From contig JBJCIZ010000244.1 of NCBI GenBank assembly GCA_051294375.1, positions 1-39,193 on the forward strand: DNA of 39,193 nucleotides, given 5' to 3'. Source of the stretch: Paraspadella gotoi. Lineage: Eukaryota > Animalia > Chaetognatha. This document shows, in pieces, positions 35,236 to 39,193 of this stretch; within the stretch, counting starts at the first letter, position 1, and each line of letters opens with the position of its first letter. Under the pieces are notes generated by a model. It ran no database searches and was not told where the DNA came from. It saw nothing but the letters and a program-made list of their open reading frames with translations. Made by a program: the position numbers and the translations under genes.

Positions 35236-37562
35236 CACAAATGAAATAACGTGGCGAAACGGTCTCGTGCTGATTTGTCCTTAAATCGTTTCGTGGAGGC
35301 GCAAATTAATTGATCACTCTTTTTGGTAATATGTGCGCATATACACTACTGGACAATACTGTATCTGGACCATAAACCTTGACCATCAACAAAAAAAGCT
35401 AACTAGATTCAAAAATAGTAAAAAAAATGAGAGCAATATAGCTCGAAACGCTTACAAAATTTTAGACCATTGCTTTATAAATGCAAAAAAATATTAATAT
35501 TTATTTAAAACAAAACTTTAACGATAACCTAATAGTTAAACGAGAGCCAGGATGAATATTTTTACCCATCATTTCCTCATTTGATATGAATCATTTGTTT
35601 GTATTAGTCAATTAATCTTAATAACAATATGAACAAATTCATTTTCATTTTCTTTATGAATGGGAAGTTTTGCTCTGCTTACTCCTTGTGTTTAATTTAT
35701 TAATATTTAAAGGTAATTTTCAAAAACCTTATATAATTAATCTAATATTTTTCATTCACTTTTTTTCAATTATTTCAAAACCAAAACAACCATCATAAAA
35801 AAACATTTTTAATTAAATAAAAAAAAATTGATTGAATGATTTTGAAAAAAAATATTTTGAACAAACTTGAGAATAAATGGATTATGAGTCAGGAAAAAAA
35901 TTTTGCAACTTATAAAAAAATCAGCCTCTAGCCTTTCGATTTTTCCTAAGAGGCTGATTTTTTTATTTTTTGTGATATTTTAATTTTCTATGCAAAACCA
36001 TTATTTTTCAAAATGAGCAATAGGTCGGATGAAATTTTTTTCCCCAACAATTTGAAAAAATTTCAAACTTTTCTAATTAGGCTTTTTTTGATGGAAATAA
36101 ATAAATAAATTTATTATACGATGGGTACATCTGAAAGTGACTATGTCCCCTAAATGACAAAAAAATTTTCATTCAAGTTTTATTTGAAATTTAAGTAATT
36201 GTACCAACAGAAATAAGTGAGATACTCCGCTTTGCCGAAATTTTTATTTAACAAAGATTTGTACTGCGTTAATTTAAAAAACGTTATTTTTTTAAATAAC
36301 TTTTGAAGAAAGAGGTAGCAAGGTGGATGTGGTATCAAATTAAAGCCTAATGCATAGGGACACCTTTCTAAAAGAGTTTATGAAATTAAAATTCCAATGA
36401 AATCTTTAACACAGCTTTTATTTAAAATCCCAAGAGTTAAAAGTATAACAGTTTTTTGCTTTAAAAATTTCAAATGAAGACACATATAAATTTTTTTTTT
36501 TTTCTTTTGTAATTTGAAAAATAGGAAAGCTGAATCCATTTGTTTATTATTAAATTTTTTTATTCTATAAAATTTCTTATATTTTTCAAGTTTTAAAGTA
36601 AAAAACAAAGCAAAAATTATGTTGTACGCTTGATAAAATATATTTTTTTAAATATTCAAAAATGAATAAATACAAAAAATGTTTTCAGCTTGATATAAAA
36701 CAGTCTGGACATCTACCCTTCCTTGTCTGTGAAAAAAAAAAATCGTCATTTTTCATTATCTTTTAACTGCAAACTAAAAGCTTGACACACTGCTTGTTAT
36801 CATATGTAAAGTTGTAAAAAAATTATATTGGGGGGCTGGTAACATATTTGACAAAGGCAGAAACATCATTGTGTTAATTTGTATTTGATAATTTTTTTTA
36901 AATATAGCAAGGAATTTAATTTTATTAACTTTATCATCCATTTTAAATTTAAGAAAAAATATTTTCTTCGTAATAGCCCATTGGAAAGGGTTCATTGACT
37001 GACTTAATGATGAATTTTTAGATTTCTTTACCTTGCCCCCGATTTCAGCAAGAATTAAAGTCATGGTTATCATGTCAATAAGTCCAGATTATCTGTACGC
37101 GATTTTCTGCAACCTGCATTCCAAATTTTCTTTTTTTTCCCTTTCAAAGTATTAACATAAATAAAATTATTTGAGAGAACAATCGGCGTGGGAGGAATGC
37201 ATTGTAAGCTTAGTTTAACGCCACACTTCCCGCGATCGAATTTTTTTAAAATGAGGTTTTTTTCCAATCTATTTGAGACATAACAGCTAACTTTAGTATA
37301 TTATTTTTTTTTTAGTTTTACAACTTCTATGAATACAATATGAATTAAGTAACTTTATTTAAAAATTTATCATCTTCACCGCTATATTTCAGGTCGATAT
37401 AAGAAAAAAACAAAAAAAGATTTTGCATTGATATTTTGGATAATCAGCAATAGAAACTAATAACGTTTTTCAAAAAAAATAAAAGAAATATAAAATATTG
37501 AACAGTGGAATTTTTTTTATGCACGGAACAGTCAAGCGTTACTTCCATTTTTTCATTGTCTA

Positions 37563-38120
37563 TTCATGTCAGAACATCGATTATGATAAATTATGCAAAA
37601 AAATGAATGTCCGTCCGTCCGTCCATCGTCCGTCTCCACCATTAGCAAAAAAACTCCAATTACTCGTGATTGGATGGATTGATTGGTATGAAATTTTGTG
37701 TGGGGCAGGAAACTGTGTGATTGAGATGGATATGAAGTTTTGAGGGAATCGTGCGAGTGGAAATTGGTTTAAATGGAAAAGAAACAAAAAATATATTTCA
37801 CTATTTGACGCCAATTGCTCATGAGTGAATAGGGCAATTGACTTGAATTTTTGATGATGGTAGGAAAGTGTGTGATGGAGCTGGATATAAAGTTCGATGG
37901 AATCGTGCGAGTAGAAAATGAGTTAAAATGGAAAAACAAAAGTCCAATATTACTTGAAGTATTTTTACCTAAAATTTACTCATAATTATTATGTTTATTA
38001 AAAATTGGATAGATAAATCGAAATTGAATTTTGTGTGTGGGTAGGAAAGTATGTGATAAAGCTGGATATAAATTTTTTGATGGAGTCGTAGGAGTGGAAA
38101 AGAGTTCAAATTAGAAAACC
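37563..38120 (+). mobile_element. HINE/DINE-1-like repeat with three subrepeats
   Basis: tcatgtcagaacatcga..(GTCC)n, then three aggaaa.tgtgtgat..agctggatat...gagtggaaa units. Confidence 0.7.
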
Positions 38121-38193
38121 AAAAGACACATTTATTAGAATTTTTTAAAGTTTCTCTCTCTCTATCTCCTCTCTGATTGATTGAATTGATTGA

Positions 38194-39193
38194 TTGACCA
38201 AATTATGCCAATTGACAAAAATATGCCATTGTTGACCAAATTCTTAAAGTTGACCAAATTATGCAGTTGACCAAACTTTGCATGTTGATCAAGTTCTGTA
38301 AGTTTGACCACATTATTGCCTGTTGACCAAATTATGCCAGTTGAACCAAATTAGGCCAGTTGATAAAATTATGCCAGTTGAATAAAATTATGCCAGTTGA
38401 CCAAATTATGCCGTTTGACCAAAATTATCTTAAAATGATCAAATTATGTCAGTTGAGCCAAATTATGTCAGTTGACAAATTATGTCAGTAGACAAAATTA
38501 ATGTCAGTTAACCAATTATGTCAGTTTATCCAAATTATGCAAGTTGATTAAATCTGTCTGAAATAAGTGGCGCGATTTTTTTTTTTGCACATAAATATAT
38601 ATTGATATTTTTAAATTTTTTATCAATTATAATTATAGTTATTTTATAGTTAAAATTGTTAAACAAGAAAATGGAAGAAATAGGCATTTTTTAGACATTA
38701 ATGTATAATTTTGTGGATAATTTTAATGCCTCTTCGTCAGCTAAGTAAAATTGAACAACAAACTGAGAATCTGAAGAAACATTTTAACTATAAAATAACT
38801 ATAATTATAATGATAAAAATATTAAAAATATCAATATATATTTATGTGCAAAAAAAAAAATCGCGCCACTTATTTCAGACAGATTTAATCAACTTGCATA
38901 ATTTGGTAAACTGACATAATTTGGTTAACTGACATAATTTTGTCTACTGACATAATTTGGTCAACTGACATAATTTGGTCAACTGACATAATTTGATCAT
39001 TTAAGATAATTTGGTCAACCGGCATAATTTGGTCAACTGGCATAATTTTATCAACTGGCATAATTTTATCAACTGGCCTAATTTGGTCAACTGGCATAAT
39101 TTGGTCAACAGGCATAATGTGGTCAACTTACAGAACTTGATCAACATGCAAAGTTTGGTCAACTGGCATAATTTGGTCAACTTTAAGAATTTG
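38194..39193. repeat. Long inverted repeat with 18-bp minisatellite arms (foldback element or read artefact)
   Basis: 38237-38660 is the reverse complement of 38778-39193 apart from small indels; unit gttgaccaaattatgcca; 117-bp spacer; runs off the window. Confidence 0.9.

Noticed and set aside
35427-35454. ATGA-GAGC-aatata-GCTC-GAAA-CGCT-TA hammerhead-like half core
   Set aside because: CTG is replaced by an A run and no stem I is present; it may be a decayed relic but cannot be supported.
38194-38560. CRISPR-like array
   Set aside because: Contiguous tandem units without unique spacers, eukaryotic context, no cas genes.
38885-39115. ORF of repeated MPVDQI units
   Set aside because: A consequence of an 18-bp minisatellite lacking stops in one frame.

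Overview
AT-rich eukaryotic (probably invertebrate) repeat-dense region with no host gene that I can confidently call. Main contents: (1) a Jockey/I-group non-LTR retrotransposon (ORF1 with three CCHC knuckles; ORF2 with AP endonuclease and RT, broken by 1-bp indels) at ~3.9-9.3 kb; (2) a near-identical second copy of 5623-13372 at 18681-24779, lacking 1446 bp and probably an assembly or haplotype duplication; (3) the most interesting element, a tiny non-coding LTR retroelement (TRIM). It has ~230-bp LTRs, a PBS, a PPT and a 4-bp TSD, and its LTRs embed a tRNA-like Pol III A/B-box cassette inside a multi-hairpin fold. There are two LTR-internal-LTR copies and three solo LTRs, one of them duplicated by (2). 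Also present: (4) two related degenerate Penelope-type minimal hammerhead remnants; (5) Helentron-associated (HINE/DINE-like) repeats, a TTAA-flanked foldback MITE, telomere-like repeat patches, an unexplained GC-rich structured island and a terminal minisatellite palindrome. Frequent homopolymer indels and 25-N gaps point to a low-accuracy long-read-filled assembly, so frameshifts and duplications need caution. All alignments and folds were done by eye.
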